Shown: positions 1 through 11,695 of the stretch, piece by piece | How positions within the stretch are numbered: the first letter of the stretch is position 1 | How the letters are laid out: each line of letters starts with the position of its first letter | Assembly: GCA_963701075.1 (NCBI GenBank) | Contig: OY969559.1 | Span: 704,001-768,000, forward strand | DNA length: 64,000 nt | Direction: 5' to 3' | From: an uncultured Nitrososphaerota archaeon | GTDB lineage: Archaea > Thermoproteota > Nitrososphaeria > Nitrososphaerales > Nitrosopumilaceae | The notes under the pieces: model-generated | What the model saw: only the letters and a program-made list of their open reading frames with translations | What the model was told of the DNA's origin: nothing | Database searches by the model: none | Position numbers and translations under genes: made by a program

Positions 1-366
1 AAATTGTTGAGTGTAATCAGTGCCATCGTTGGCATCCACCTCTACAGTACCGGTATAGTTTCCTGCTGACTGGTATGTGTATGTCCCGTTCATGACATTA
101 GTTACTGCTGGATTCCCATCTCCAAAATTCCATGTAGAAGCTTTCATTGTACTATTGCCGGAAAACGATGCCTTGTAGGAAATTTGCAATGGCGAACCGC
201 CGGTAGTCGGGGTTATAACGACATTTAGCGTATCTCCACCTTCCACACATCCCGTTACAGGACAATTGCCAGTATTAGCATGTGCGGGAGTCAAGATAAA
301 GGAAGATAATCCAAAAATCGATATAATTACAACTAGTGTTGCACACAAGGCGCTTGATGTTCTCAT
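1..366 (-). CDS. Secreted PKD-domain protein (partial, runs off window start)
   Basis: Read by hand: MRTSSALCATLVVIISIFGLSSFILTPAHA signal peptide, then PKD motif WNFGDG...YTYQSAGNYTGTVEV. Confidence 0.75.
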   Translation of the reverse strand, partial: MRTSSALCATLVVIISIFGLSSFILTPAHANTGNCPVTGCVEGGDTLNVVITPTTGGSPLQISYKASFSGNSTMKASTWNFGDGNPAVTNVMNGTYTYQSAGNYTGTVEVDANDGTDYTQQF

Positions 367-432
367 TTGCTAGCCAATACTCAAGGATCATGAGTATTTA
401 TGTATTGATAAAAGAAAATTTGACTTTTAGTT

Positions 433-1290
433 CTAGTATTTTGGCATCAATCTTAGTCCAGTCTTTGCAGATACTACAATTATTGATGTGATCGCAATTG
501 CAAGTACTAGAGCTGCGATCGGACCAAACTCTGGAATTATCTGTGTGCCGATTATCTCTACGTCTTGATCTCCTTGCAAGAATGGTATTGTCAATGTTCT
601 ATAGTCTCCATTTGCTGATTCGCTTTGTGGTTTGACCTCAGCACCATCTATCAAGATTATGAACGAGTCGTCTTGACCAGAACTAGTTTTTGCGTCCACT
701 AGTGTTCGTGGTATTTGGAGTGTAATAGAACCCTCACTTGTTGAGTTGATAGAGACAATGAGTGATATGCTTTGTGTGTCGATTGTCATGCTGTTTACAC
801 TTCCGCCAGTTATGGTATAGTTGACACTAAAGGTTTGCTGGCTGTTGGGATCTTTTACTTGGAAAATATTACTTATAGGGGCAACTGAGCTTTGAAAAGT
901 AAATGTGGTCTGAGTAGTTACATTTGGAAGGCCATATTGAACTTTAACTGTATAGACCCCATTTGATTTCCATAATGGGCCTGACGCCAGGAATGATTTT
1001 GTAAATTTCCCATCTGAAGAAACATCAATCTGGGCTATTTGGATCAAATTGGTATTAGAATCTAATATCTGCACAGTGAGTGGTGTTCCAGGTACCACTG
1101 CTTGAACTTGGCCTGAGATGACTACTGTGTCTCCTGCCAGATAGGAGCTCTTATCGGTGCTAACTGTGATTGCAGGTGCAGTAGGCGCGGTAGGTGTAAG
1201 AGTGGGAGTTGTCGGTGTTTGGGCAAATGCATTGAAAGACATCCCGGATAATATTACAAAAGAAATTGCTAATAATGCTATTGAGCGCAT
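433..1290 (-). CDS. PEFG-CTERM sorting-domain surface protein
   Basis: Signal peptide, TDKSSY Ig-like domain, C-terminal IPEFGPIAALVLAIA transmembrane tail. Confidence 0.9.
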   Translation of the reverse strand: MRSIALLAISFVILSGMSFNAFAQTPTTPTLTPTAPTAPAITVSTDKSSYLAGDTVVISGQVQAVVPGTPLTVQILDSNTNLIQIAQIDVSSDGKFTKSFLASGPLWKSNGVYTVKVQYGLPNVTTQTTFTFQSSVAPISNIFQVKDPNSQQTFSVNYTITGGSVNSMTIDTQSISLIVSINSTSEGSITLQIPRTLVDAKTSSGQDDSFIILIDGAEVKPQSESANGDYRTLTIPFLQGDQDVEIIGTQIIPEFGPIAALVLAIAITSIIVVSAKTGLRLMPKY

Positions 1291-1360
1291 ATTCGATTTG
1301 TCTTTATGTCGTATATTTCCTTTACTATAGTTTAATAAAAAAATGAAAAAGTAGAGTGTT

Positions 1361-2281
1361 CTAGTATTTTGGCATCAATCTTAGTCCAGTCTTTGCAGAT
1401 ACTGCAATTATTGATGTGATCGCAATTGCAAGTACTAGAGCTGCTATTGGGCCAAACTCTGGAACTACCTGTGTACCAATGATCTGTACCTGCTCTGCCC
1501 CTATGCTGAATGGTATTGTCAATGTTCTAGTATCAGCACTTGGCGTATCTGTGAAACTATCCTTTTCTTCTCCATCTACTAGGACAAAGAAGCTGCCATC
1601 ATTGACACCAGATTTTGCATCTAATACTGATCTTGGTATCTGGAGAGTTATCTGACCATCACTGGTTGCTTGTAAATTTACAGTGAGAGTTTTAGATGAC
1701 ATACTAAGAGTTGCTCCTGTAGCTGTCCCTCCACTGATGCTGTAATTGATACAGTACATCTCGTTATTTACTGTAGCTGAGAGTTGATCTGGTTGGCAAC
1801 TTGATGCTCCACCTCCACCGATACTAAATTGTGTCTGTGCTGTACGCATACCTTGCTGTTCTCCATACTGACCATAAATGGTGTACGTTCCACCACTTGT
1901 CCACAGCGGACTTGATGTATTTATTGTGGTGTTAAAATTTCCGCTGTTGTCGACAGTTAGCTGATTAACTTCTACGACATTACCTAATGAATCTGAAACT
2001 CGTAATGTGACTGGCACTCCAGGTATTATGTTCTGGACATGTCCTGTGACAAGTATTGTCGATTGTCGATCATATGTTGTCTTGTCTGTTGTCAGACTGA
2101 ATGGTAATGTGACAGGTATTATGATTGGCTGAACAGTTGTTGTATTGCTACCTGACATGCCTTGCATACTGTTTCCAGGTGAAGACATTCCTGACATGCT
2201 ATCTCCAAATGCAGGACCAACACCTACAATGGCTGCCGTTGCAAGAATAGCGATCAACGCGTATTCTTTATGAGTACTCAT
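1361..2281 (-). CDS. PEFG-CTERM sorting-domain surface protein
   Basis: Same architecture as 433..1290; VPEFG tail. Confidence 0.9.
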   Translation of the reverse strand: MSTHKEYALIAILATAAIVGVGPAFGDSMSGMSSPGNSMQGMSGSNTTTVQPIIIPVTLPFSLTTDKTTYDRQSTILVTGHVQNIIPGVPVTLRVSDSLGNVVEVNQLTVDNSGNFNTTINTSSPLWTSGGTYTIYGQYGEQQGMRTAQTQFSIGGGGASSCQPDQLSATVNNEMYCINYSISGGTATGATLSMSSKTLTVNLQATSDGQITLQIPRSVLDAKSGVNDGSFFVLVDGEEKDSFTDTPSADTRTLTIPFSIGAEQVQIIGTQVVPEFGPIAALVLAIAITSIIAVSAKTGLRLMPKY

Positions 2282-2992
2282 CGTCTGCGATTAAGTAGAA
2301 TGGGTATTTATGTATATTCAAAAAATGAAAAAATGGATGTTAGTATTTTGGCATCAATCTTAGTCCAGTCTTTGCAGATACTGCAATTATTGATGTGATC
2401 GCAATTGCAAGTACTAGAGCTGCTATTGGGCCAAACTCTGGAATACTTGGTATTGATGTTGGTGTTGTTGGCATTTGTCCAGTAAGTTGGAACTGAACCT
2501 GATTAGTTCTTGCTTGCTCATTGCCTTGCTGTGCATACAAGGTGTACTGCCCATTTTCTGCCATGAGTGAACTATCTGTATTTATCGTGGTGTTAAAGTC
2601 TCCTTTGCTGTCTAGTGCTAACTGAGATACAAACACGATGTTTCCTTCTGGACTAGTTAACTTCATAGCCACATCCTGACCTGGATATGGGTTTATCACA
2701 TGACCGCTCACCATTATGACTGAGGCATGATCATATGTTGTCTTGTCTGTTGTCAGCGTAAGTGGTATTATGTTCGCTGGCTGTTGAACTGCTGAAAGAC
2801 TAGAGGCATTACCTGTCATCATTGCGTTACTGTATTGGGCGGCTGGTTCACATGTTGGTGGACAGAATCCAAATGCAGGACCAACACCTACAATGGCTGC
2901 CGTTGCAAGAATAGCGATCAACGCGTATTCTTTATGAGTACTCATCGTCTGCGATTAAGTAGAATGGGTATTTATGTATATTCAAAAAATGA
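2204..2992. repeat. 125-bp identical direct repeat (2204-2328 and 2868-2992) covering promoter plus signal peptide of two PEFG genes
   Basis: Direct comparison, tccaaatgcaggacc...tattcaaaaaatga, offset 664. Confidence 0.9.
2340..2945 (-). CDS. PEFG-CTERM sorting-domain surface protein (short, one domain)
   Basis: Signal peptide identical to that of 1361..2281; IPEFG tail. Confidence 0.9.
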   Translation of the reverse strand: MSTHKEYALIAILATAAIVGVGPAFGFCPPTCEPAAQYSNAMMTGNASSLSAVQQPANIIPLTLTTDKTTYDHASVIMVSGHVINPYPGQDVAMKLTSPEGNIVFVSQLALDSKGDFNTTINTDSSLMAENGQYTLYAQQGNEQARTNQVQFQLTGQMPTTPTSIPSIPEFGPIAALVLAIAITSIIAVSAKTGLRLMPKY

Positions 2993-3453
2993 GAAAGTGG
3001 TATTTTTCTTATTATCATTTAGCACAAAAACTGACATCTTGATCGTTTATCTTGTAGTCAATTTATGCTCTAGGAGTAATTGTTTGCATGTCACATCAAA
3101 TAGCCTGCATTGTATAACAAAGGGATTGGGACTATACATCAGCCTTGATGTACCAACATCTTTCATTTCCTATTGTATTTATTGTGAATGATGATCCTGG
3201 GATCGGGCAAACTAGATCTATTTGAATACAAAGCTTTGTCAATCCATAATCAAATTACAAATAAATCCAAGTCTTCAAAACAAGTGTTAGTCGAGTCAGC
3301 GATAGCTTTTTACTATTTAAAGTTGAAAAAACTAGATAAAATATAGCGCTTTTGAAATGCCATGGATTAGATATATATTAACCTCTCGGTGGAAGCAACG
3401 TAGTTTGTGGATTAATTATCTATTACAGCTAATGTTCAAAGGGGATTTTTAAC

Positions 3454-3705
3454 GTGATAAGTAAGAAAGAGAAAATACTGATTCCAGATCATATCTATGT
3501 TCCAAAACATGCGATAATGACTAAAGAAGAAGCTGAAAAGGTGTTAGAAAAATATCACACAAAGCCTACTGAGATGCCATTGATATATGTCAGTGATCCT
3601 GCGATCAGAGGCCTGGGAGTAAAACCAGGTGATATGATAAAGATAGCAAGAAAAAGTCCTACAGCTGGTGAAAGCATCTACTACAGATACGTGGTGGAAG
3701 AATAA
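3454..3705 (+). CDS. rpoH: RNA polymerase subunit H (Rpo5)
   Basis: HIYVPKH...DPAIRGLGVKPGDMIKIARKSPTAG...YYRYVV. Confidence 0.97.
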   Translation: MISKKEKILIPDHIYVPKHAIMTKEEAEKVLEKYHTKPTEMPLIYVSDPAIRGLGVKPGDMIKIARKSPTAGESIYYRYVVEE

Positions 3706-6700
3706 TGACACACATTTCACATAAACGATGGCCAATAGTTCAGGACATTCTAAAAAGAGAAGGAATAGCAAGGCAACACCTGAATTCTTATGATGAGTTT
3801 CTTGAAAGAGGACTTCAAAGTATTATTGATGAAGTTGGGCAGATAGAGATAGAGAGTGCAGAGTATCCATATAAAATTCAACTTGGAAAAGTAAAACTTC
3901 AACAACCTCGCATGATGGAATTAGATGGTTCAATCACACACATTGCTCCGATGGAAGCTCGATTAAGAAATGTAACTTATGCATCTCCTATAATGCTTGA
4001 AGCAAGTGTAGTAGAAGATGGAAAAATTCTAGAATCAAGATATGTTCACATAGGTGACATGCCAGTAATGGTTAGATCTAATGCTTGTATTTTGCATAAC
4101 CTCTCTGAACAAAAACTCATAGAATATGGTGAGGATCCAAATGATCCAGGCGGTTATTTTATCATCAATGGCTCTGAGCGTGTCATTGTTGGATTAGAAG
4201 ATCTTTCTTACAATAAAATTATAGTTGATAAGGAAACTGTCGGAGGCAATACAGTTTTCAAAGCCAAAGTATATTCATCCATTGTAGGTTATCGCGCAAA
4301 ACTTGAACTTGTGATGAAAAATGATGGCCTGATAGTAGCAAAGATTCCAGGTTCTCCTGTGGATATTCCTGTAGTTACTCTAATGCGTGCATTAGGACTT
4401 GAATCTGATCGAGAAATTGCAGCAGCAGTTTCTCTAGTTGACGAGATTCAAGATGAATTAGAAGCTTCATTTGAAAAATCAGGTGATGTACCAACAGCAA
4501 AAGACGCTATAGTGTATATCAGCAAAAGGATTGCGCCAGGTATGCTAGAAGAATTCCAGATAAAAAGAGCAGAGACTTTGCTTGACTGGGGTCTCCTACC
4601 GCACTTGGGAAAACACCCTGATAATAGAAAGGAAAAATCTCTATTTCTAGGTGAAGCAACCTGCAAATTAATTGAACTGAAGTTAGGATGGATCACTCCT
4701 GATGACAAAGATCATTATGGAAATAAAGTCATAAAATTTGCAGGTCAAATGCTTGCTGACCTTTTCCGAACAGCCTTCCGAAATCTGGTGAGAGACATGA
4801 AATATCAGCTTGAGAGATCAGGACAAAAAAGAGGAATAAACGCAGTTGCGGCAGCAGTTAGGCCCGGTATAGTTACGGATAAACTAAACAATGCAATAGC
4901 AACAGGAAACTGGGGAAGAGGCCGTGTTGGTGTTACACAACTTTTGGACAGAACCAACTATCTGTCTACAATAAGTCATCTTAGAAGAATACAATCGCCA
5001 CTTAGTAGAAGTCAACCTAACTTCGAGGCAAGAGACTTGCATGCTACTCATTTTGGAAGAATATGTCCAAGCGAGACTCCTGAGGGATCTAATTGTGGGT
5101 TGGTAAAGAATTTGGCACTGTCTGCTATAATATCAGTAAATGTAGCATCTGAAGATATAGTTGAAAAGCTTTACGATCTAGGCGCTACTTATGTTTCTGA
5201 CGCAAAAGATGATCTGAAAAAAGAGGGAACTAGAGTTTTCGTAGATGGGAGATTAATAGGATATTACAAAGATGGACAGAAACTTGTTGATTCGTTGAGA
5301 GAACTTCGAAGGAACTATAAGATTCATCCACACGTTGGCATTTTCTTGTATCAGTCTAGTGTGGAAGGTTCAACTAAGAGACTTTATGTCAACTGTAATG
5401 CGGGTAGAGTTCTACGACCCTTGATTGTAATTAAGGACAATAAATTGCTGTTAACACAAGAGCTGAATAGACAAAGTTAGCAAAAAATTTTCGTCATGGA
5501 CAGATCTCTTGCATATGGGTGTAATTGAGCTAGTTGACGCAAATGAAGAAGAAAACTGTTACATCGCAATAGATGAAACAGACATGAAAAAACATACCCA
5601 CATGGAAATATTCCCATCTGCAATTCTCGGAGCCGGTGCATCCATCATACCATACCCCGAGCACAATCAATCTCCAAGAAATACATATGAATCAGCCATG
5701 GCAAAGCAAAGTCTTGGTTTCTCAACCCCGCTGATGAATGCAAGCACATACGTTAGGCAACATCTTATGCTGTATCCACAAACTCCAATTGTTACAACAA
5801 AGGCAATGGGTCTGTTAGGACTAGAAGATAGACCGGCAGGACAAAACTGTGTTGTTGCAGTATTACCTTTTGACGGTTACAATATTGAAGATGCGATAGT
5901 ATTGAGTAAATCATCTGTCGATAGAGGATTGGGTAGGACCTTCTTCTATAGGATCTACGAGGCAGAAGCCAAACAATATCCTGGAGGAATGAGAGATAAT
6001 TTTGAAATTCCAACTGCAGATGGAAACATTCGCGGATTTCGTGGCGACAAAGCATATAGATTATTAGAAGAAGACGGAGTTATCGCAACCGAGTCCACCG
6101 TTCAGGGTGGAGACATACTCATTGGAAAAACAAGTCCTCCTAGATTTATGGAAGAATATAGAGAGTTTGAAGTAAAGGGACCATATAGAAGAGATACATC
6201 AATAGGTGTAAGACCATCCGAAAACGGTGTTGTCGATACCGTTGTTATGACACAATCTCATGATGGTGGCAGAATGTACAAAATTAGAGTAAGAGATGTG
6301 AGAATTCCTGAGATTGGAGACAAATTTGCATCACGACATGGACAAAAAGGAGTTGTGGGGTTACTTGTAAACCATGAGGACTTGCCTTATACTGCTGATG
6401 GCGTTGTACCTGATGTTATGATAAATCCTCATGCTTTCCCGTCTAGAATGACAGTAGGGATGTTTCTTGAATCCGTAACAGGAAAAGCTGCCGCCTTGCG
6501 TGGTTCAAAGATGGATGGTTCTGCATTTGTTGGTGAAAAATTAGAGGACATTAAGGGGGTTTTGGAGACTGCAGGATTCAAGTATTCAGGTAAGGAAATG
6601 ATGTATGACGGGAGGACAGGTAAGGCCTTTTCAGTTGATGTTTTCGTCGGTGTTGTATACTATCAAAAATTACACCACATGGTTGCAGATAAGATACATG

Positions 6701-7053
6701 CAAGGGCAAGAGGCCAAGTACAAATGTTGACAAAGCAGCCAACCGAGGGTCGTGCAAGAGGCGGTGGTCTACGATTTGGTGAAATGGAAAGAGACTGTCT
6801 TATTGCATATGGCGCATCTATGATGTTAAAGGATAGACTTCTTGAAGAATCTGACAAGGCTGAAATCTATATCTGTGAAAGATGTGGACTTGTGTCATAT
6901 TATGATATAAAACAAAGACGATTTGTCTGTAGGGTGTGTGGAGATAAAGCAAAGGTAACCTCAATCTCAGTTGCTTATGCCTTTAAACTTCTATTGCAGG
7001 AAATGATGAGCCTTGACGTAGCGCCAAGACTTTTGATAAAGGAGAGAGTCTAA
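3705..7053 (+). CDS. rpoB: RNA polymerase subunit B (Rpo2), one frameshift near 5466
   Basis: ORFs 3705..5480 and 5509..7053 join if one base is removed (…QELIDKVSKKF…); motifs GDKFASRHGQKG and GGLRFGEMERD. Confidence 0.95.
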
Positions 7054-10000
7054 TGGCAGTTGAAACAATCAAAGTAATTGATGGAATCAAGTTTTCTGTA
7101 TGGTCTCCAACCGAAATAAGGAAATATTCTGTTGCAGAGATTACAGCCCCTGAAACTTATGATGAAGATGGAATGTCTGTCCAAGGTGGATTGATGGATG
7201 GTAGACTTGGTACTCTTGAACCAGGTCAAAAATGTCTTACATGCGGAAACACTGCAGCTAGATGTCCTGGGCATTTTGGTCACATTGAGCTTGCAGAGCC
7301 TGTATTGCATATTGCGTTTATTGATAATATCTACAAGCTTTTGTTGACCACCTGTAGGTCATGTGCTAGATTAAAGATACCACAAGAAGAACTTGAAGAA
7401 TATCACAAAATAATCCAAAAAGAGGCTGCGTACAACGTTATCTCAATTAAACACATTCCTGATGAAATAATTGAAAGGGCAAAGAAAGAGAAAACATGTC
7501 CTCATTGTGGAAAATCGCAATACGAGATGATATTTACAAAACCCACAATTTTCATTGAACGAACAGAGCTAGGAGAAAACAGATTACTCCCAATTACCAT
7601 TCGTGAAAGATTTTCTCATATGATAGATGATGACCTGAAATTACTTGGTTATGATCCGACTACTGCTAGACCTGAATGGTTTGTGCTCCAAGTCTTACCT
7701 GTACCGCCTGTCACAGTACGACCCTCAATAATTTTAGAAACTGGAATTAGATCTGAAGATGACTTGACCCACAAACTTGTTGATATCATCAGAGTAAATC
7801 AACGGCTAAAGGAAAGCAAGGAAGCTGGTACCCCCCCACTCATTGTGCAAGATCTAGTCGATTTGTTACAATATCACGTTACAACATATTTTGACAATGA
7901 AGTATCTGGCATCCCACAAGCTCATCATAGATCTGGCAGACCACTCAAGACTTTGACACAAAGACTGAAAGGAAAGGAGGGTAGATTCAGAGGCTCTCTT
8001 TCTGGAAAAAGAGTAGACTTTTCCAGCAGAACTGTAATCTCACCAGATCCAAACTTGGCGATCTCTGAAGTTGGAGTTCCAGAATCTGTTGCAACAAAGC
8101 TCACAATTCCCGAAGTTGTAACGGAATGGAATATTGAGAGACTAAAGAAACTTGTCATCAATGGTCCTACCAAATATCCTGGAGCTAATTACATTGTAAG
8201 ACCAGACGGTGTAAAGATAAGATTAGACTTTGTTGAGGACAGGGAGACAATTGCTAACAATATAGAGATAGGATATCTTGTTGAAAGACATCTATCTGAT
8301 GGAGACATTGTGATGTTCAACAGACAACCATCATTGCATCAAATGTCTATAATGGGTCACTACGTTAGGGTCTTACCAAACAAGACTTTCAGATTACATC
8401 CTTCAGTATGTCCTCCGTACAACGCAGATTTTGATGGTGATGAAATGAATCTTCATGTACCTCAAAGCGAGGAGGCAAGAGCTGAAGCCATTCTCCTAAT
8501 GCGCGTACAGGATCAAATAATATCACCTAGATACGGAGGACCAATAATTGGTGCACTACGTGACTTTATTACAGGAGCATACTTGCTGACAAAAGACGAT
8601 ACCACCCTTACTCCACAAGAATTTGCAAATTTGGCAATGTTAGGTGGATACACAGATACATTCCCAGAACCTCAGATCAAAGGAAAGGGCGGTCCACTGT
8701 ATACCGGTAAACAGCTATTCTCACTATTCTTACCAAAAGATTTCAATTATGTCATTACATCAAAATGGTCTAAAGGAACCAAGGGACCAGCAAAGGATGT
8801 CGTAATTAAAAACGGTCAACTTGTAAGCGGTGTAATAGACAAAGCGTCAATAGGAGCAGAAGAACCTGATAGTGTTCTACATAGAGTAGCTAAAGATTAT
8901 GGTTTCGAGGAAGCAAAGAATTTTCTCAATTCTATTCTAATTGTATTAAAGCAGTTTATCACAGGATATGGATTTAGCTATGGATATGCTGACTTGGAAC
9001 TCTCAGTGAAGACCAAGGATTCCATATTGGGAGATATTCAAGAATCCTATGACAAGGTCTATGATTTCATATCGCAGGCAAAGAAGGGAACCTTGCAGCT
9101 TAGCAGAGGACTCTCCGCTGAAGAAGCTCTTGAAGCTTACATTGTAAACGAACTATCAAAAGCAAGAGATAGAGCAGGCAGTATGGCTGACAAATCATTT
9201 GATGAAACAAACGCAGGTAGAATTATGGCAACAACTGGAGCAAGAGGTTCTTCTCTGAATATTGGTCAGATGGCAGGTGCATTAGGTCAACAGTCAATTC
9301 GAGGTAGAAGAATTCACAAAGGTTACAGTAACAGAGCATTACCACATTTCAAGGAGAATGATACAAATCCTGATTCAAGAGGATTTGTAAAATCAAACTA
9401 TAGGGATGGTCTATCAACACTAGAGTTTTTCTTTCACGCAATGGGTGGAAGAGAGGGTCTTGTAGACACTGCAGTAAGAACTCAGCAAAGTGGATACATG
9501 CAAAGGAGATTGATAAATGCATTAGAGCATCTCAAACTAGAGTATGATCAGACAGTAAGAGACCCACATGGTCATATCATACAATTCCTGTATGGTGAAG
9601 ACGGAATTGATGTTTCAAAAAGTGATCACGGTGAGGCATTTAGAATTTCTAGATTAATTGAATCTGAAAGTATCATTGACTCTGGAAAGAAAGCAACCAA
9701 AGAAGACGTTGAAGACCTTGTAAAAAAATACACCAAAACATTCAATCCACGTTTGTCTCAAACTGTTCACGATGCTCTGGCAGAATCAAAACTCAGCAGA
9801 GATGGAATCGAGAAGGTGCTGAAGAAAGCATTGGAACTTTACGATACCGCCAAGGTTGAACCAGGACAAGCAGTAGGTGTTGTCACAGCACAATCAATAG
9901 GTGAGCCTGGTACCCAGATGACCCTTAGAACTTTCCACTTTGCAGGTATTAGAGAGAGAAACGTCACACTGGGACTTCCAAGACTTATTGAACTTGTAGA

Positions 10001-10847
10001 TGCACGAAAGAAGCCAGTCACTCCAACCATGGACATATACTTGGAGGAACATCACAAAAAATCAAAAGAAAAGGCGATCAAGGTAGCACGAGAAATCTTG
10101 CATACTAAGATAAGCGCATTAATCACAAGTACGGAGACTGACTATTCTACAAAAATAAAACTGAATCTAAATCAAGACAGACTAAAAGAAAGAGCTTGCA
10201 CCGTTGAAGATGTTGTAATGGCATTACAGTCATCAAAGAAGAAATTTGAAATTGAGCCTAGTGGACATTCCATTACACTTACTCTTCCTGAAGAATCTGA
10301 TGCTCAGACAATACTTGGTATGAGAAATAAAGTTCTTTCAGCTACAGTCAAGGGAGTAACCGATGTGGAACGTGTAACAATTGTACAACAAGGAGATGAA
10401 TGGGTTATCCAAACATCAGGATCAAACATTGCTAAGGTGATGGAGGTTGATGGTATTGACAAAAAGAACATTAGAACAAACAATGTCTTTGAAATAGCAA
10501 ACACACTTGGTATAGAAGCTGCTCGTAATTCATTGATAAACGAACTAAACTCAACTCTTGAAGATCAGGGTCTTGAAGTTGATGTTAGATATATCATGTT
10601 GGTGGCAGACTTGATGTGCTCTAGAGGATACCTACAACAAATTGGAAGACATGGAATTGCAGGTACAAAGACTAGCGTGTTGGCAAGAGCCGCATTTGAG
10701 ATTACTGTTCCTACCATTGCAGAAGCTGCATTGGCAGGAGAGGTAGAAGAACTCAAAGGAGTCACAGAAAATGTCATAGTTGGAGCAAACATTCCGATTG
10801 GTACTGGCACTGTAGATCTTTACATGAAGGTAGTAGAAGATGGTTAA
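7053..10847 (+). CDS. rpoA: RNA polymerase subunit A (fused A'/A'', Rpo1)
   Basis: NADFDGD catalytic motif; A'' motif GEPGTQMTLRTFH in the same ORF. Confidence 0.97.
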   Translation: MAVETIKVIDGIKFSVWSPTEIRKYSVAEITAPETYDEDGMSVQGGLMDGRLGTLEPGQKCLTCGNTAARCPGHFGHIELAEPVLHIAFIDNIYKLLLTTCRSCARLKIPQEELEEYHKIIQKEAAYNVISIKHIPDEIIERAKKEKTCPHCGKSQYEMIFTKPTIFIERTELGENRLLPITIRERFSHMIDDDLKLLGYDPTTARPEWFVLQVLPVPPVTVRPSIILETGIRSEDDLTHKLVDIIRVNQRLKESKEAGTPPLIVQDLVDLLQYHVTTYFDNEVSGIPQAHHRSGRPLKTLTQRLKGKEGRFRGSLSGKRVDFSSRTVISPDPNLAISEVGVPESVATKLTIPEVVTEWNIERLKKLVINGPTKYPGANYIVRPDGVKIRLDFVEDRETIANNIEIGYLVERHLSDGDIVMFNRQPSLHQMSIMGHYVRVLPNKTFRLHPSVCPPYNADFDGDEMNLHVPQSEEARAEAILLMRVQDQIISPRYGGPIIGALRDFITGAYLLTKDDTTLTPQEFANLAMLGGYTDTFPEPQIKGKGGPLYTGKQLFSLFLPKDFNYVITSKWSKGTKGPAKDVVIKNGQLVSGVIDKASIGAEEPDSVLHRVAKDYGFEEAKNFLNSILIVLKQFITGYGFSYGYADLELSVKTKDSILGDIQESYDKVYDFISQAKKGTLQLSRGLSAEEALEAYIVNELSKARDRAGSMADKSFDETNAGRIMATTGARGSSLNIGQMAGALGQQSIRGRRIHKGYSNRALPHFKENDTNPDSRGFVKSNYRDGLSTLEFFFHAMGGREGLVDTAVRTQQSGYMQRRLINALEHLKLEYDQTVRDPHGHIIQFLYGEDGIDVSKSDHGEAFRISRLIESESIIDSGKKATKEDVEDLVKKYTKTFNPRLSQTVHDALAESKLSRDGIEKVLKKALELYDTAKVEPGQAVGVVTAQSIGEPGTQMTLRTFHFAGIRERNVTLGLPRLIELVDARKKPVTPTMDIYLEEHHKKSKEKAIKVAREILHTKISALITSTETDYSTKIKLNLNQDRLKERACTVEDVVMALQSSKKKFEIEPSGHSITLTLPEESDAQTILGMRNKVLSATVKGVTDVERVTIVQQGDEWVIQTSGSNIAKVMEVDGIDKKNIRTNNVFEIANTLGIEAARNSLINELNSTLEDQGLEVDVRYIMLVADLMCSRGYLQQIGRHGIAGTKTSVLARAAFEITVPTIAEAALAGEVEELKGVTENVIVGANIPIGTGTVDLYMKVVEDG

Positions 10848-11160
10848 ACTCTTAGAAAAAACCATCAAGGATGCAGTAGATGATGGAAAATGTTTCTTTG
10901 GAACCAAAGAAGCTTTGAGTTCTATTAAAAACTCTAAATTAATTGTACTTTCACGTTCGATTCCGTCATCAATGACGCAAAAGATAGTTGAAGCTGCAAA
11001 GAGTGCCAAAGTGCCAACTCTAAATTATAATGGTTCATCAGTAGAACTAGGTAGACTGTGTGGTACACAGTTTCGAATTTCGGCAGTATCGCTAAAAACT
11101 CTAAGTGATACTAATCTTAAAGCTATTATAAAAGATGCAGAAACAGAGAAGCAAGCATAA
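10840..11160 (+). CDS. rpl30e: Ribosomal protein L30e
   Basis: GSSVELGRLCG motif; synteny after rpoA. Confidence 0.9.
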   Translation: MVKLLEKTIKDAVDDGKCFFGTKEALSSIKNSKLIVLSRSIPSSMTQKIVEAAKSAKVPTLNYNGSSVELGRLCGTQFRISAVSLKTLSDTNLKAIIKDAETEKQA

Positions 11161-11197
11161 ATGTCTTGTTTTTCTCAAACCGTCTATCAAGATTTAA

Positions 11198-11689
11198 ATG
11201 TCCCCCAAAGAGATCGAGTTTAAAAAAGGTATGACAGAGACAATCAAACTAACAACAGATCAAATAAAACTAATGTCACTTTTTCAAAATGTGACTGGTG
11301 CAACAGCAAGAGACTGCATCGAAGATGAAAAGCAAGACAGAGTGATTTTTGTAGTAAATCAAGGCAAGATGGGTCTTGCAATAGGAAAAGGAGGTTCTAC
11401 AATAAGAAACCTACAAAATGTAGTGAAAAGAAATGTCGAACTAGTTGAATATTCTGAAGATCCTGCAGAGTTTCTAAAAAATATGTTAAATCCAAAATTA
11501 ATATCAGAAGTTAAGCTAAACAAAAGATTGGATGGCTCTCTTCAAGCAATTGTTCTTGTTGATGCAAAGAAGAAAGGCATAGTGGTAGGCAGAGAAGGTA
11601 GAAATGCTGAAAAGGCAAGATTGCTTGCAAAAAGATATTTTCAAATCTCAAGTGTATTAATACAAAGTCCTGAAAAAATAATGGAGTAA
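11198..11689 (+). CDS. nusA: NusA-like KH-domain transcription factor (start may be 11231)
   Basis: GLAIGKGG KH motif; synteny. Confidence 0.93.
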   Translation: MSPKEIEFKKGMTETIKLTTDQIKLMSLFQNVTGATARDCIEDEKQDRVIFVVNQGKMGLAIGKGGSTIRNLQNVVKRNVELVEYSEDPAEFLKNMLNPKLISEVKLNKRLDGSLQAIVLVDAKKKGIVVGREGRNAEKARLLAKRYFQISSVLIQSPEKIME

Positions 11690-11695
11690 TGGATA

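Noticed and set aside
2835-3191. 118-aa plus-strand ORF
   Set aside because: Overlaps a PEFG gene and its promoter in antisense; no recognisable motif.
5455-5510. Apparent split of rpoB into two subunits
   Set aside because: Removing one base restores a continuous protein. Thaumarchaeal RpoB is normally one chain and similar indels hit many core genes, so this is probably assembly error.
7053-10847. Fused RpoA'/A''
   Set aside because: Known trait of Thaumarchaeota, not novel.
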